A DNA stretch of 64,000 bases from Botryllus schlosseri (taxonomy: Eukaryota). The stretch's first letter is position 1; every line of letters starts with the position of its first letter. A model generated the notes under the pieces. It had not been told where the DNA came from. It ran no database searches and saw only the letters and a program-made list of their open reading frames with translations. Position numbers and translations under genes: made by a program. Positions 47,051 through 57,467 of the stretch are shown piece after piece. The DNA is taken from positions 29,884,001-29,948,000 of the forward strand of contig CM119377.1 in the NCBI GenBank assembly GCA_051294905.1. The letters run 5' to 3'.

Positions 47051-47850
47051 AGAGCATTGACGGCGACGCGTCGAATCTGGAGAGTTATGCTCACTAGGGC
47101 TGTTCTGAAAGCGATCGGGTTATTATCTCTATCCCGCAGATACACATGGATATTTCTAATATTGTTTCTGGCTATCGGGAAAAAGTATGGCTTTTCGTAA
47201 AGACAGCATTGGATTTTGCCTTCTTCGCTGGTAACAGGTATACTTCTCAGCAGCGGTAGCATTTTACCTCCGACTACACGAGGTCTAATCAGATCGGTGT
47301 AGATATATATTGTGTCTACATCCTTCACGATCGGGTTGGGGCGAATCATGAATTCCATCGGTCGTTGTTTCTTGAGAACGTGATGTTCTATAGCGAAATA
47401 GCGTGGAAAAGTGTCTTGGATAGACACCAAACGCGGACCTGGACCAGGTAACTTCTTCGCCCAGATATACGGGTCGTCGGATGAAGCTAATCTACTCTTC
47501 AAATAAACGAAGCTTAATCCGATTACACCGCCCGTGTAATATTTGAGTACGATTTCCTTCTCGTAGCGTAGCCGAAATTGTTCAAGCATATCCTTAACGC
47601 TGCGATAGTCTCCAGGAGGTATATAGTATACGTATCTGGTGCCATTATCGGTAAATTCGACACCAGTCCGTTTCCTGTCGATTGTGAACGTAGGCTGGAA
47701 CGAAACCGGAAGCATAGCTTCAACAAGACCAGCCTCGTATCGCTCGATATCATAATTTAATTCCGAAAACAGCTGTATTTGGTAGTCCGTGGGGGTGTTG
47801 GATTCGAATATGCTCATTGAAGCGTTAGACGGTAGAACGATTAGTGACAT
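47047..47850 (-). CDS. mCP: Minor capsid protein (penton) 1 of A (probable start MSLIVLPSNASM, 267 aa, intact)
   Basis: LPSNASM..F..NT and IYIYTDLI.P.VVG...PLLR motifs. Confidence 0.88.
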   Translation of the reverse strand: MSLIVLPSNASMSIFESNTPTDYQIQLFSELNYDIERYEAGLVEAMLPVSFQPTFTIDRKRTGVEFTDNGTRYVYYIPPGDYRSVKDMLEQFRLRYEKEIVLKYYTGGVIGLSFVYLKSRLASSDDPYIWAKKLPGPGPRLVSIQDTFPRYFAIEHHVLKKQRPMEFMIRPNPIVKDVDTIYIYTDLIRPRVVGGKMLPLLRSIPVTSEEGKIQCCLYEKPYFFPIARNNIRNIHVYLRDRDNNPIAFRTALVSITLQIRRVAVNAL

Positions 47851-48025
47851 TTTCGTTTGAAGTTTGCAGACAAAATAGAGTCGACAACGAGGAGATATGT
47901 GCCTCGTTTCGAGTAAGTAAATTGTATAAAGACACAACCGCTGCGCCCAGCAATACGGTTAGCTGTATAAAGTATACCAGAGACCTTATCGTAGTCCCAG
48001 ACGTCCCCCGCGGCGATCTATCTAT
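47825..48025 (-). pseudogene. Small membrane protein homologue of A (no ATG; ATA at the expected start)
   Basis: FIQLTVLLGAAVVSLYNL matches C's FLAQLVIILVIVSFSLYNL; syntenic. Confidence 0.5.
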
Positions 48026-48059
48026 GGCTGTCTATTCACCACGATAATAGCTTCTGTAT

Positions 48060-48347
48060 TTATACAAATCCTGCTACATACGAATCCATCGAAGCCGGGT
48101 ATCCTAGCCAGCGAACGAGATATCTCCGCTTGCGACCGCGCCCGATCACTTTCTGAATAGATTCGACGCGATAAATATCATCTTTCTTTTCTACGGCTTG
48201 TAACTCGGATGGATAAAATGTGCCTCGAATCATCTGATCGGCATAGTCTTTGATCTTATACGTCACGGGATTCCCCCATCTAGAACTATGGACGTAAAAT
48301 ATCTCACGAGACCATGAACCGTTAGTCCCCTTGGCGAGACAAGCAAA
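48060..48347 (-). pseudogene. int: C-terminal remnant of A's integrase (chromodomain-like part); catalytic core deleted
   Basis: SWSREIFYV...YKIKDY...RGTFY..ELQ...YLVRWLGY matches C's integrase; begins about 20 bp after the polB stop. Confidence 0.88.
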
Positions 48348-48365
48348 GACACGATTACAAAAATA

Positions 48366-51300
48366 TTAAAGATCCAGCGGTTGTGTGATGATACCGCCGG
48401 CCATAACCTTGCGTTTACAATAGAAAAAACTTAAAGCATCTCGAAATTGTTCATAAGTGAATATAACTGTGTTTTTTCTGACGAAGCCGGAATTAACACC
48501 GCCGGCAGAAGCTCTATCGAACAGTACTTTACGATAGACATCGGCTGTCAAGCGATTTGCCTTGGATAAACCTTTTGAAGACGATTTTTGATCGCTACAA
48601 TAATAGGTTTTTGCAGACAGGCCGATGAAAAGCTTGGATTGTGCTTCGATTTTGAACAGGCCAGGGGTCCGCTGATCAAATCGATTTCGAGAGACGCAAC
48701 ACGGCCGCGTCTCGTTAAACGAGAGAGGATTCGAGAGAAATTCCTGTCGATGATTGTCGCACGCGATAGCCGGGAAGTATTTATGGAAATTTCCGAAAAA
48801 TTGCTTTGCTAATTCTGGTTTTACAACTTTCATTAGGCTATCAGATAGGCAAGAAAAATAAATCGAATCAGTATCAGAATAATGGAATCCTATAGATCGC
48901 GGAATAATACACTTGGCAAGGTATGTATACCAAAAATCTAACATAACCTCCTTGGCCCGACCGTATATTACGTATCCAATATGATTAGGGTGTTTCCAGA
49001 CGTGTTTGCGTGGCTTCATTGCGACTTCAAATATACCAGATGTTAATCCGATCATCGATTTAAACCTGGGATTAGCTACCAAAGACCTGGCTTTCTGTTC
49101 GCGAACGATTTTTATCTGAGAATATCGAGAAGGATTCGATATCGTATATCCAATGGCGGAATTGGCTAGATTCTTATAGAAATCACCGATAGGCTTCTGA
49201 GAAGGATCTTGATCTGCCCGTCTCCTCGCAGCAGCGACACTCTCCACAAACGGCTTGAAGCATTCGACAGGTTGAAATTCTAATGCTTGATAGACTTTCG
49301 TAATGATTAAACCGTGTTGTAGGTACCATTTCAAAAGGCTTGATACAATGAGCGTTTTCGTAGCCTGACACGTCGCTATCAAATATTTCTGCGGCCGTTT
49401 TAGAAATCCATTCTGCTCGGCGAACTCCCGCATATAAGGACCGATATCATCGCGTGATACGTAAGCGTGCCTGAATAGAGGACAATATTCGCTGAAATAC
49501 TCCTTCAAATGTTGCGGTACGTGTATATCAACTTCCACAGCGCCATAGAATTCGTCATTTACGACTTTTTCTATAAGCCTAGATCTCGACAGAGTTCGAG
49601 ATTTAACCATTGTGCTCTTGTCTGCAGATCGGATTATAGCCGCAATATCCGAACGCTGACGCATTACCCGCCAATCACACTCCGTTATGTATATCAAACG
49701 ATAGCCTACTTGCCTGATGTAGGCCAATTTTTTACGCGTAGCCTCTGCCTTGGCATCGCGATCTGGACTATTTCCAAGAGGACAAACACAAGAATGTACC
49801 CTACACCCTAGAAATTCTAGTGCAACTGGTCCTTCCGGCGACCTGTAGTAACCGTCAATCGGTATAGATTTTTTTCCAATACGATGTTCCGGTCTGTTAA
49901 ATTGGTGTTTTATGTGGACACCCAGTGAATGAGACATATAGTTTAACCATTCGAGGGCCATATATCCGTAAATCGGCCCCGTCTTTGTCTTCGTGAATTG
50001 ACTGAAATCTGCGTTTGGAGACCATAACACGGCGTGGCCACTTGGAAGTTTTCCTGAAAGTACGAACGGGTAGAGTGCGTTGCAATCGATACCTATCACA
50101 GATTCGACCAATAGGGCGTCGTCCTGATATATATGCTCGCGTATTTTCGTCACTCCAGCTTCGGCGTAACGCTGACCGACCACCGCTAATCCTCCGCGCA
50201 GGTTATCACGAATCAAAGTGTGAATATGGCTATATTGCTTATTCAGGAGTGTAAACAATGGCGGTATACTATTGAATAGTAAACGATTGGCTAAAGACGG
50301 GAGAGAGATACCGTCTTTAGAGATGTCGACTCCTTTCGAGGCGAACAGCTGTTTTTGTTTATTCAAAGCCTCCAGTAAAGGACCTACATCGAGTTTTATA
50401 TAGAATGTTAACCAGTCCTTGAAGCTGCGCATGTGATGTTCATCCCAAATTGAAACGCACCAGCTATACTGTTCGTCGGTGATATTAGATCGATTCAGCT
50501 TATTGTAAAAATGTTTCTTTTCAGGGAGATATCCCACATCCAAAAGTGATAATTCCCTGAACCAATTGTATGGGAAATAAGCCTTATTTCCTGATGTACA
50601 GTTATAACTTCGTACGTACGATTCGTAGCTTGTGCCAGCCGGTTGGTACAATATCACGTCCAGAAATCGGAAACGATTAGTGGTAATACACATATACGCA
50701 GAGTCTCTCTTTATGACGTTAATCTCGTCGCCCAAGTATTTTACGAGATAAGGCATAATCAAAGGCAAATCGTAGCGTGATCCGTTGTAAGCAAATACGG
50801 GAAGTTGTTTTAAATACGACAAAAACGTTGTTTTATCCTGGTGACGGGATTCGCACGTTTACAATCCGGCTCAGCTTTATCCATTTCAAACTCGATGTAA
50901 TCTAGTCGATCGAGTGCATATTGAAACTATCGAGACAATGAATCGAAGCATAGACTTTGAATATTCTCAAATTCCGTTATCATACTCGCGATCATTATTT
51001 CAGGATCGCCGTCTGAGATTATTACCCGTGGTTCTTCGAATCCTGGGTAGTTGCTTGCGTAGGCGACTGCAACGGGTATGTGTCGGTCGACATATTTGAC
51101 TCTCGCCGTGTCTTGAGGGGTCGAACCTTTTTCTAGTATTCTCTCAAAATCAAACACTAAATTATAAGGATATATGCGTAAATCTTGTGGGACATTAATA
51201 CCCAAGTCATCTAGCTCTTCGAAGATGGTCAAGGCTGGTTTGAATATCCCGCCGGTGTAGTGATTTATTGACATCGTCGAACAGGTGTGTCGATCTAGGT

Positions 51301-53785
51301 AATGTTTCTGGCTGTACAAATTCCCGCAGCTTCCACAGGCATAATTTTTACAGTACAATGATATATTTACAATAAGGCTGAAGTGATTTTTCTCGAGGTG
51401 GAGATGAATCTTTTTCGCTGTATCGCGACCACCGCATCGCAACAAATATCCGACACCTTCCTTTAGAGCAGTGGTTCCCAAACGGTGGGGAATTCCCCAC
51501 AGGTGGGGAATTCAATGATTTCAGGTGGGGAATAGACGCATTTGTTCAAAATTATATACAGGACAGTCTACATATTCACGCAGACACATGCGCAATTACC
51601 GTTACCAGTTAACTGCTCTGGAATGTATGTGTCCAATATTATATTGCGTGTTGCTCACAAAACCTCATTTTCAACTCTTGATGGCCAATCATGGCGTCAC
51701 AAACGCATCCAGCACGACTAATTTGACGTGAAATAACGCTCTCGCGAAATTTTGAGCGTTACTGGTATCGGGTCACAATACGTTTTATGTTCCAGTTAAA
51801 GGCGATTGTCTTGCGTACTGGTGTGGTTGTGTGTCTTGTGAAGTCAAACCAGCAGACAGCTGTTCTGTGATGACAAAATTTCACGGTAGTAGGGAGCAGG
51901 GACCGTAACTGCCGTACTCCAACCCCCCAATTGGGGGGGGGGGGCGAGCTCGAAGAGGCCAAAAATTATTTCGTGAATCAACATAAATTTAAGTATTTTT
52001 TTGAAAATTCATGCCACTTTATCACAAATTTTTCGCGCTGGGTGCGCGATATAATATCGCTGAATATCTGATTATTCGGTACTCTTCCCCCACGAATATA
52101 CGTAGAATTTATAGAAATGGAGACTTCGGCGTCGGCCATTACTGCGCCACAACACACCAAGGCCATGTAACATGCAACTCCGAGAAGTGTGCCAAAACGA
52201 TCAGCAGCGAGAAGACCTTGGCCGAGAAGGAATGGCATTGTGGTAACCGAAAACTTCGATCTATGTAGGCCTACAATATACATATGTGTTTAATTGTCCA
52301 TATGCGGCTAAATGGCTGGCGCCGAATGTTCCTGTCCTGGCGATCTGAACCCCACAGGGCAAATGCCATTCTACAGGGAAAAATTATTTGCCAGTAAAGC
52401 AATACCAATTTGAAATCGTGTGTGCTTTTTAGTTTGGGCGATTTCCATATCTTTTGACATAGCAGAAGAGGTCACGAAATAGTATAATGTAATGAAGTCA
52501 ATATACCAACGGGTCCACCGGAAAATGTTTGATTTTTATTTAGGGATCCTACCTTTTCCAGCACACCTCACTCAGCTCTACCGGTAAATCTGATTAGGTG
52601 AGCAGAGAGAAGATAAAAAATTGATAACAAAATATATGCAATTCTCGATCATATTTACCGATTCAAACACGAACTATATAAATTTTTCGCGCTTCGCACG
52701 TTTAGTCCAAATAAGGCGACGCACTAAACATATACCCAATGTAGCTGATAAGTAGTGAGAAAAAAGCGTAAAGGCTCAGCGGGGATGAGGGGGTTCTGGG
52801 GTGCTAAGCCCCCCAAAAGTTAGGTTTATCACCCCTGTGGGGGCCCTCACCCCTGTGGGGGCCCTCACCCCTGTGGGGCCCAAGATCAACGTTTTTTTGG
52901 CGGGGCTGACGAAGTGCTGTTACGGTCCTTGTGGGGAATGAAGGCTCGGAATAAATCTGAAGTGGGGAATGAAGACAAAAAGGTTGGGAACCACTGCTTT
53001 AGAGTATAGACCGATATCGAAATATTAAAACTTGATTCTATGTTCTCTAGATCAGACATGGCGACACCTAAGTCAGGTCTAGGATATATCAAAGAATATT
53101 GCGATACCAATGATAGTGTTTTTGTCTGCAGTTCGTTGTCGGTGTAATTCATGTCACATAGCACCACCGCTATAGCGCGAAATGCACAAAAATTATCGTC
53201 GTACGGCTGACCGCGTCTGTTTTTTAATAAAGTTAAAATATGTCGCGACGTCAGCGCTGTGTGTGATATCGTTGTCGACGGACAACCGATTAATCGAATG
53301 TTGGATTTGTATACATATACCGTTACATTAGTGACTGCAAGAACGACGCTTTTTGTGTCTTGTCGCTGAAAGCGTGCACTCTCAAAGCCAGACGATGGAT
53401 CCATGTCTTGAATAAATCCCACGAAATCGGTACGATTTGATATCATCCGAGGCGTGTCCAATACTGCCCCCACATTCTCAGACGGATGAAAATATCGGGT
53501 TTGATCCGTCTCGACGTTGTGTAATATAAAGCCGAAACTATAATTAATTCTAAAAGCGCTATGCTGCGAATCGAAGATTTTCTCCACATCTGATATGACA
53601 TCATTCGGAGTACGATTGAATATCCGGAAATTGTATAGCGTTCGAGATTGATGTGGGTGTAATGTCGACGTGCGAATTGATCCCCAGTAATCCTGTATCG
53701 TCGTTGCTAAATCCGCCGATAATCCTGTGATATCTGGTTGATCTATGTCAGATACTAATCTAACGAGATTTCGTCGCCTAGCCAT
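48366..53785 (-). pseudogene. polB: pPolB of A, interrupted by a hAT MITE (51469-52996), a TAG (50927-50929) and a 1-bp deletion (~50823)
   Basis: Starts MARRR like C's; DNFC OTU-like motif; FDFE, YNGSRYD, IDCNALY, KNLANSAIG, SDTDS, KTY; fragments join in frame after MITE removal. Confidence 0.93.
51469..52996. mobile_element. hAT (Charlie-like) non-autonomous element in A's polB
   Basis: TIR CAGTGGTTCCCAA at both ends; perfect 8-bp TSD CTTTAGAG (51461-51468, 52997-53004). Confidence 0.92.
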
Positions 53786-53870
53786 TGCTGAGAAAACACA
53801 TAAAAGACATACATACATTCAATAAACAGACAGATATATATTATTCGAACGAATCGTACTGTGAATCTAT

Positions 53871-54167
53871 TTAGCCGGACGTGTTGACTGTAGGAGTGTA
53901 ATATTGAATCGTAGATCGTACGGCGCTCATTTCCCGCAGGTATGTTGTCTTTGCTCGCTTGATACGATCAAACGCCATCGCCATGCGTAGTTTTTGATTA
54001 GGGTCTCGCGCAATGATGTCCTCGATTTCCGATTGAATTCGTTCGAAATCCTGTTTAAATCTATCGGGGTCAGGGAATGGGAATTTCGACAGCACATCGT
54101 CAACTTCACCGAGTATCGAAAATAGACTCTCGGTAGGGTTAACCATGATCGCGTCAATTACGGTCAT
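53871..54167 (-). CDS. Hypothetical helical protein of A, paralogue 1 (98 aa)
   Basis: Aligns without gaps to residues ~47-140 of 54201-54713. Confidence 0.75.
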   Translation of the reverse strand: MTVIDAIMVNPTESLFSILGEVDDVLSKFPFPDPDRFKQDFERIQSEIEDIIARDPNQKLRMAMAFDRIKRAKTTYLREMSAVRSTIQYYTPTVNTSG

Positions 54168-54200
54168 TCTAATATGATCGAAGGCTTGCTTGCCGTATTT

Positions 54201-54713
54201 TTACTGTCGGGGTTTTCCTGTAGCGTCCGTGATATCCTCGTCGGTAGAACTGATATCTTCAAAAATATTCGATAGATCGGACATAGTAGTATTTCCAATA
54301 GAAGTATAGTATTTTATGGTCGACCGCGCAGCGGACATTTCACGTAGACATATTTTTTTCGCACGCTTGGAGCGATCTAGCGGTATCGCGAAGCGGAGTT
54401 TCTGAGAAGGATCTTTCATAAACATATCGCCGATTTCCGATTCAATTCGTACGAAATCGGCAATAAATATCTCAGGGTCGGGGAAAGGGTGTTTTGATAA
54501 GATATCGTCGATTTCGCCTAGCGCTGAGAATATAGGCTCGGTAGGGCTGACTTTGATTGCCTCAATCAGAGTCATTTTAAAATGCTCGATGGTTTGCCTG
54601 CAGTATTTTCGCTTCCGCGGTTTCGTTGTCGTCTCTATATTATCATCCTCCCCGGAGCTAGCATCCTCGGCGATGTTCGTCGGAGCGCGGATAGTATCAT
54701 TTTCAGTCATCAT
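54201..54713 (-). CDS. Hypothetical helical protein of A, paralogue 2 (170 aa, acidic ends, KPRKRK NLS-like)
   Basis: Shared FPDP..F..DF.RI.SEI.D...DP.QKLR.A..DR.KRAK...LREMSA.RSTI.YYT. Confidence 0.75.
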   Translation of the reverse strand: MMTENDTIRAPTNIAEDASSGEDDNIETTTKPRKRKYCRQTIEHFKMTLIEAIKVSPTEPIFSALGEIDDILSKHPFPDPEIFIADFVRIESEIGDMFMKDPSQKLRFAIPLDRSKRAKKICLREMSAARSTIKYYTSIGNTTMSDLSNIFEDISSTDEDITDATGKPRQ

Positions 54714-54894
54714 GATAATTTACAATACACATCGAGCTGACCACGAGCGTGCTTTTTATCCTCCGAGCACAGACCTTTTTCACTCGCCGTGTTTCTGCCT
54801 CCTCTCTCTCCCTTGAATATAAATATTAGACTGATTTCCTATCTGATATCATAAACCGTCTTCTTTCGAGTATAAAAAATCGAATAACGAGAAC

Positions 54895-55602
54895 ATGGCC
54901 GGTATTAATCCGTATGTAATTTCCGCACCAAAAAGAAAATTGGATTCGTTTTTGAAGCGAACCAACGCATCCGATATTAAGAACTTCGATCGCTTGGAAT
55001 TACTCTGCGATGGGACAGTTAATTTTGATAGCAGAATACAACTTGCTTCGACTACAAGGCGCGGACCGAAAATGATGTATATGAAGGTCATGCTCACCGA
55101 TGGCACCAAATCTGTTTCCGGGGTTGTCTTCAACGGAAAATTGTTTGAATCTATTGAAGCTGGGTATAGGAAAGGTCATACTCTGAGAATCCGCAACATC
55201 AAAGTTTCAAAAGATTCCAGAACGGATTCCCCGTCGCTTATCATCGGTTATTATTCCAGCGTCGAGAAATCAGATACACGCTTGACTGCACCGGAAGTGA
55301 TGGTGTTTCAATATGCTTCTGGTAAAGATATCGAGAAAGGTGTATTCGACGACAAAGTCGTAAATCTCCGAGGAGTCTGTATATCTGCAGATTTCGAGTC
55401 TTTCTCGTCAATAAAATCCAACAGACATCTATACACATACTGTATGCTAAACAACGATGTAGCGATTGCCTTGAAACACTGGAGTGTCGCACCTCTTTTT
55501 GAGGTTGACCAATACTATGACGTGACACATCTTAAAGTCCAAATTCGAGATGGTAAGCGGGAGTTGTTTCTCCAGGATTATACACGAATATCAAAGGAAT
55601 GA
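54895..55602 (+). CDS. Putative tandem OB-fold ssDNA-binding protein, RPA-like (235 aa)
   Basis: LTDGTKSVSGVVF, LRIRNIKV, VVNLRGVC, IALKHWS and VTHLKV pattern resembles RPA70 DBD-A/B by eye; AATAAA at ~55698. Confidence 0.6.
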   Translation: MAGINPYVISAPKRKLDSFLKRTNASDIKNFDRLELLCDGTVNFDSRIQLASTTRRGPKMMYMKVMLTDGTKSVSGVVFNGKLFESIEAGYRKGHTLRIRNIKVSKDSRTDSPSLIIGYYSSVEKSDTRLTAPEVMVFQYASGKDIEKGVFDDKVVNLRGVCISADFESFSSIKSNRHLYTYCMLNNDVAIALKHWSVAPLFEVDQYYDVTHLKVQIRDGKRELFLQDYTRISKE

Positions 55603-56210
55603 ATGCACATCGATATTTATGGAACACTTTCATCGTGAAATATATATATACGGTTTATTGTCGTGGAAATATTATATGTTTTTGTCGTGGTATATGCAAT
55701 AAAAGTATATTCAGATGGATCTGTTTTGTGATTGAATTTTGAAACTCAGCAGCGAGTAACTGTAATATGCAGCATCGTGAGATGTTTCGAACGACACCCA
55801 TTATGCAACCTACACACAACGGAAATTATACTTCACGCTATTCTAGAATCGTCGTATCAATCGACCAACACGAATCACGAATCCTCATTTATGCAGAGCT
55901 ACTATCACCATACGTGATTAAAAACTCATTCATCACATACCCGCAAACGACAATTATCACACACGCTTACCCTGAATCAGGTCAGATATGTCACGATACA
56001 GGCGAGCTCAAATCATACAAAAAACGATTCTGATTCAATAACGGATACTCCACACAACCTATGACCATACTCGATTGAACCGGGGATCATCGATTGAGAG
56101 ACACAAGCGAAGTAATGTACCACCCGAGTTTTAAAATATGACTCGCAGCAAGGAGGCATCCGAATCCAACATTTCTTTGAACCCAATCGCTCCACGCCTG
56201 ACTGATAGTT

Positions 56211-56615
56211 AATAGCCTTGATATTACTCGCCTGACAATAAAATTATATTCACCGCAAACGAGTTTTGATACACAGATAGCAACCGTACTCAATTCCAGA
56301 AAGCGCGACACGATAGGTCAGCCGGGTTTTGAAATCAACAGACAGAACCAGTTATCAATCCACTCATAAATAACAAGTCACGCTACAACCGCGAAAATTA
56401 CGTCAGAAATATTACACCAAACTCATTTCAATCGGAAATCAGACAGCCACATATCGATCAGATCGCTTGCAGCAATCCGTCACGCGGGGAACTACCCTCT
56501 GCATTTCTGCAAAATGCGTAAGTCCGTTATCCTTTGTTTCTTTATTTTATTGGAGAATTTAGTTTCCTTAAGTTAAAACCTTGCATGCGGCTATATCCAC
56601 CATTTCTCTACTACT
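56211..56615 (-). repeat. Right TIR of element A
   Basis: Reverse complement of 17531-17935. Confidence 0.95.
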
Positions 56616-57467
56616 GACGTGAACATTTGAAGAATTGAACGATGGGGAATTTTTGAAACGATACCTTATAAAAAGCCCGTCAGCGAAATTTCGGATATAC
56701 AATAAAAGGGGACGAAGTATTTGTTATCAGTAGGTCGATTTTTTTTACATGTTAAAAAAAAGTCAAAAGTGGATCAAAATTGTAGCGTTAGGTTGAGAAA
56801 TGTCAAAATTGTTTACAAAGTTATAACTTTTTGGCAACCTCCATTACGTTTTTATCGTAGATTTTGCACTGTTGGTGAACTTATCATTTGGCATTTTACA
56901 GCTTGTAGGCCAACCGTTGTAGACGGCTTATTGTCTGGTCATTGTATGAATCAAACATTCTAATGAAACAAATTGGTTGACATGGTGTTATGCTCAACTT
57001 ACCGCAGTATCCCAACTGAAGCAAGACAGCGTGGTTCTTATATCAAGCAGCGCATAATGAAAAATTGTGATGTAGACACCATTGCCAGAATAAAGCAACA
57101 TGGTTTGTCACCAGCAGTGTACCCACAACTTCAGTGCTGTCAGCCAACAACTGCTGCTGCTGTTGAACGTACTTTCTAAATTCTTGGCATGCTACTTGGT
57201 AAGCAGGGCTTTGGAGCAGTCGTAAATTTTAAACTGTTCCAGCTCCGGAGCTCTCTTCTATCATAAATTAGCTCCGGAATTCATTAATACCACTGCTCCA
57301 GCTCCAGCTCCGACTCCGGCAACTATAGTTCGGTTGTAGCCATCGCAAGGAACCATCATTTTGTGGGGTATGCAAAGTATTGTAACGTGATAATTACTTC
57401 TTGTCGTCTGTCGATGACATCATATCCACACGAGAACTCAATTTACTCGGTGCCGTTGCAAGTACAC

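Larger units (their letters stand above)
17531..56615 (-). mobile_element. Maverick/Polinton element A (outer), 39,085 bp with nested insertions, about 13.7 kb without B and C; decayed
   Basis: Termini AGTAGTAGAGAAATGG / CCATTTCTCTACTACT; perfect 6-bp TSD GACGTG (17525-17530, 56616-56621); pPolB, integrase, penton, MCP and protease homologues inside. Confidence 0.95.

Noticed and set aside
51897-52931. Second MITE (CAGGGACCGTAAC...GTTACGGTCCTTG) inside the polB hAT element
   Set aside because: A TIR-like pair is present but no clean 8-bp TSD was found; left unannotated.
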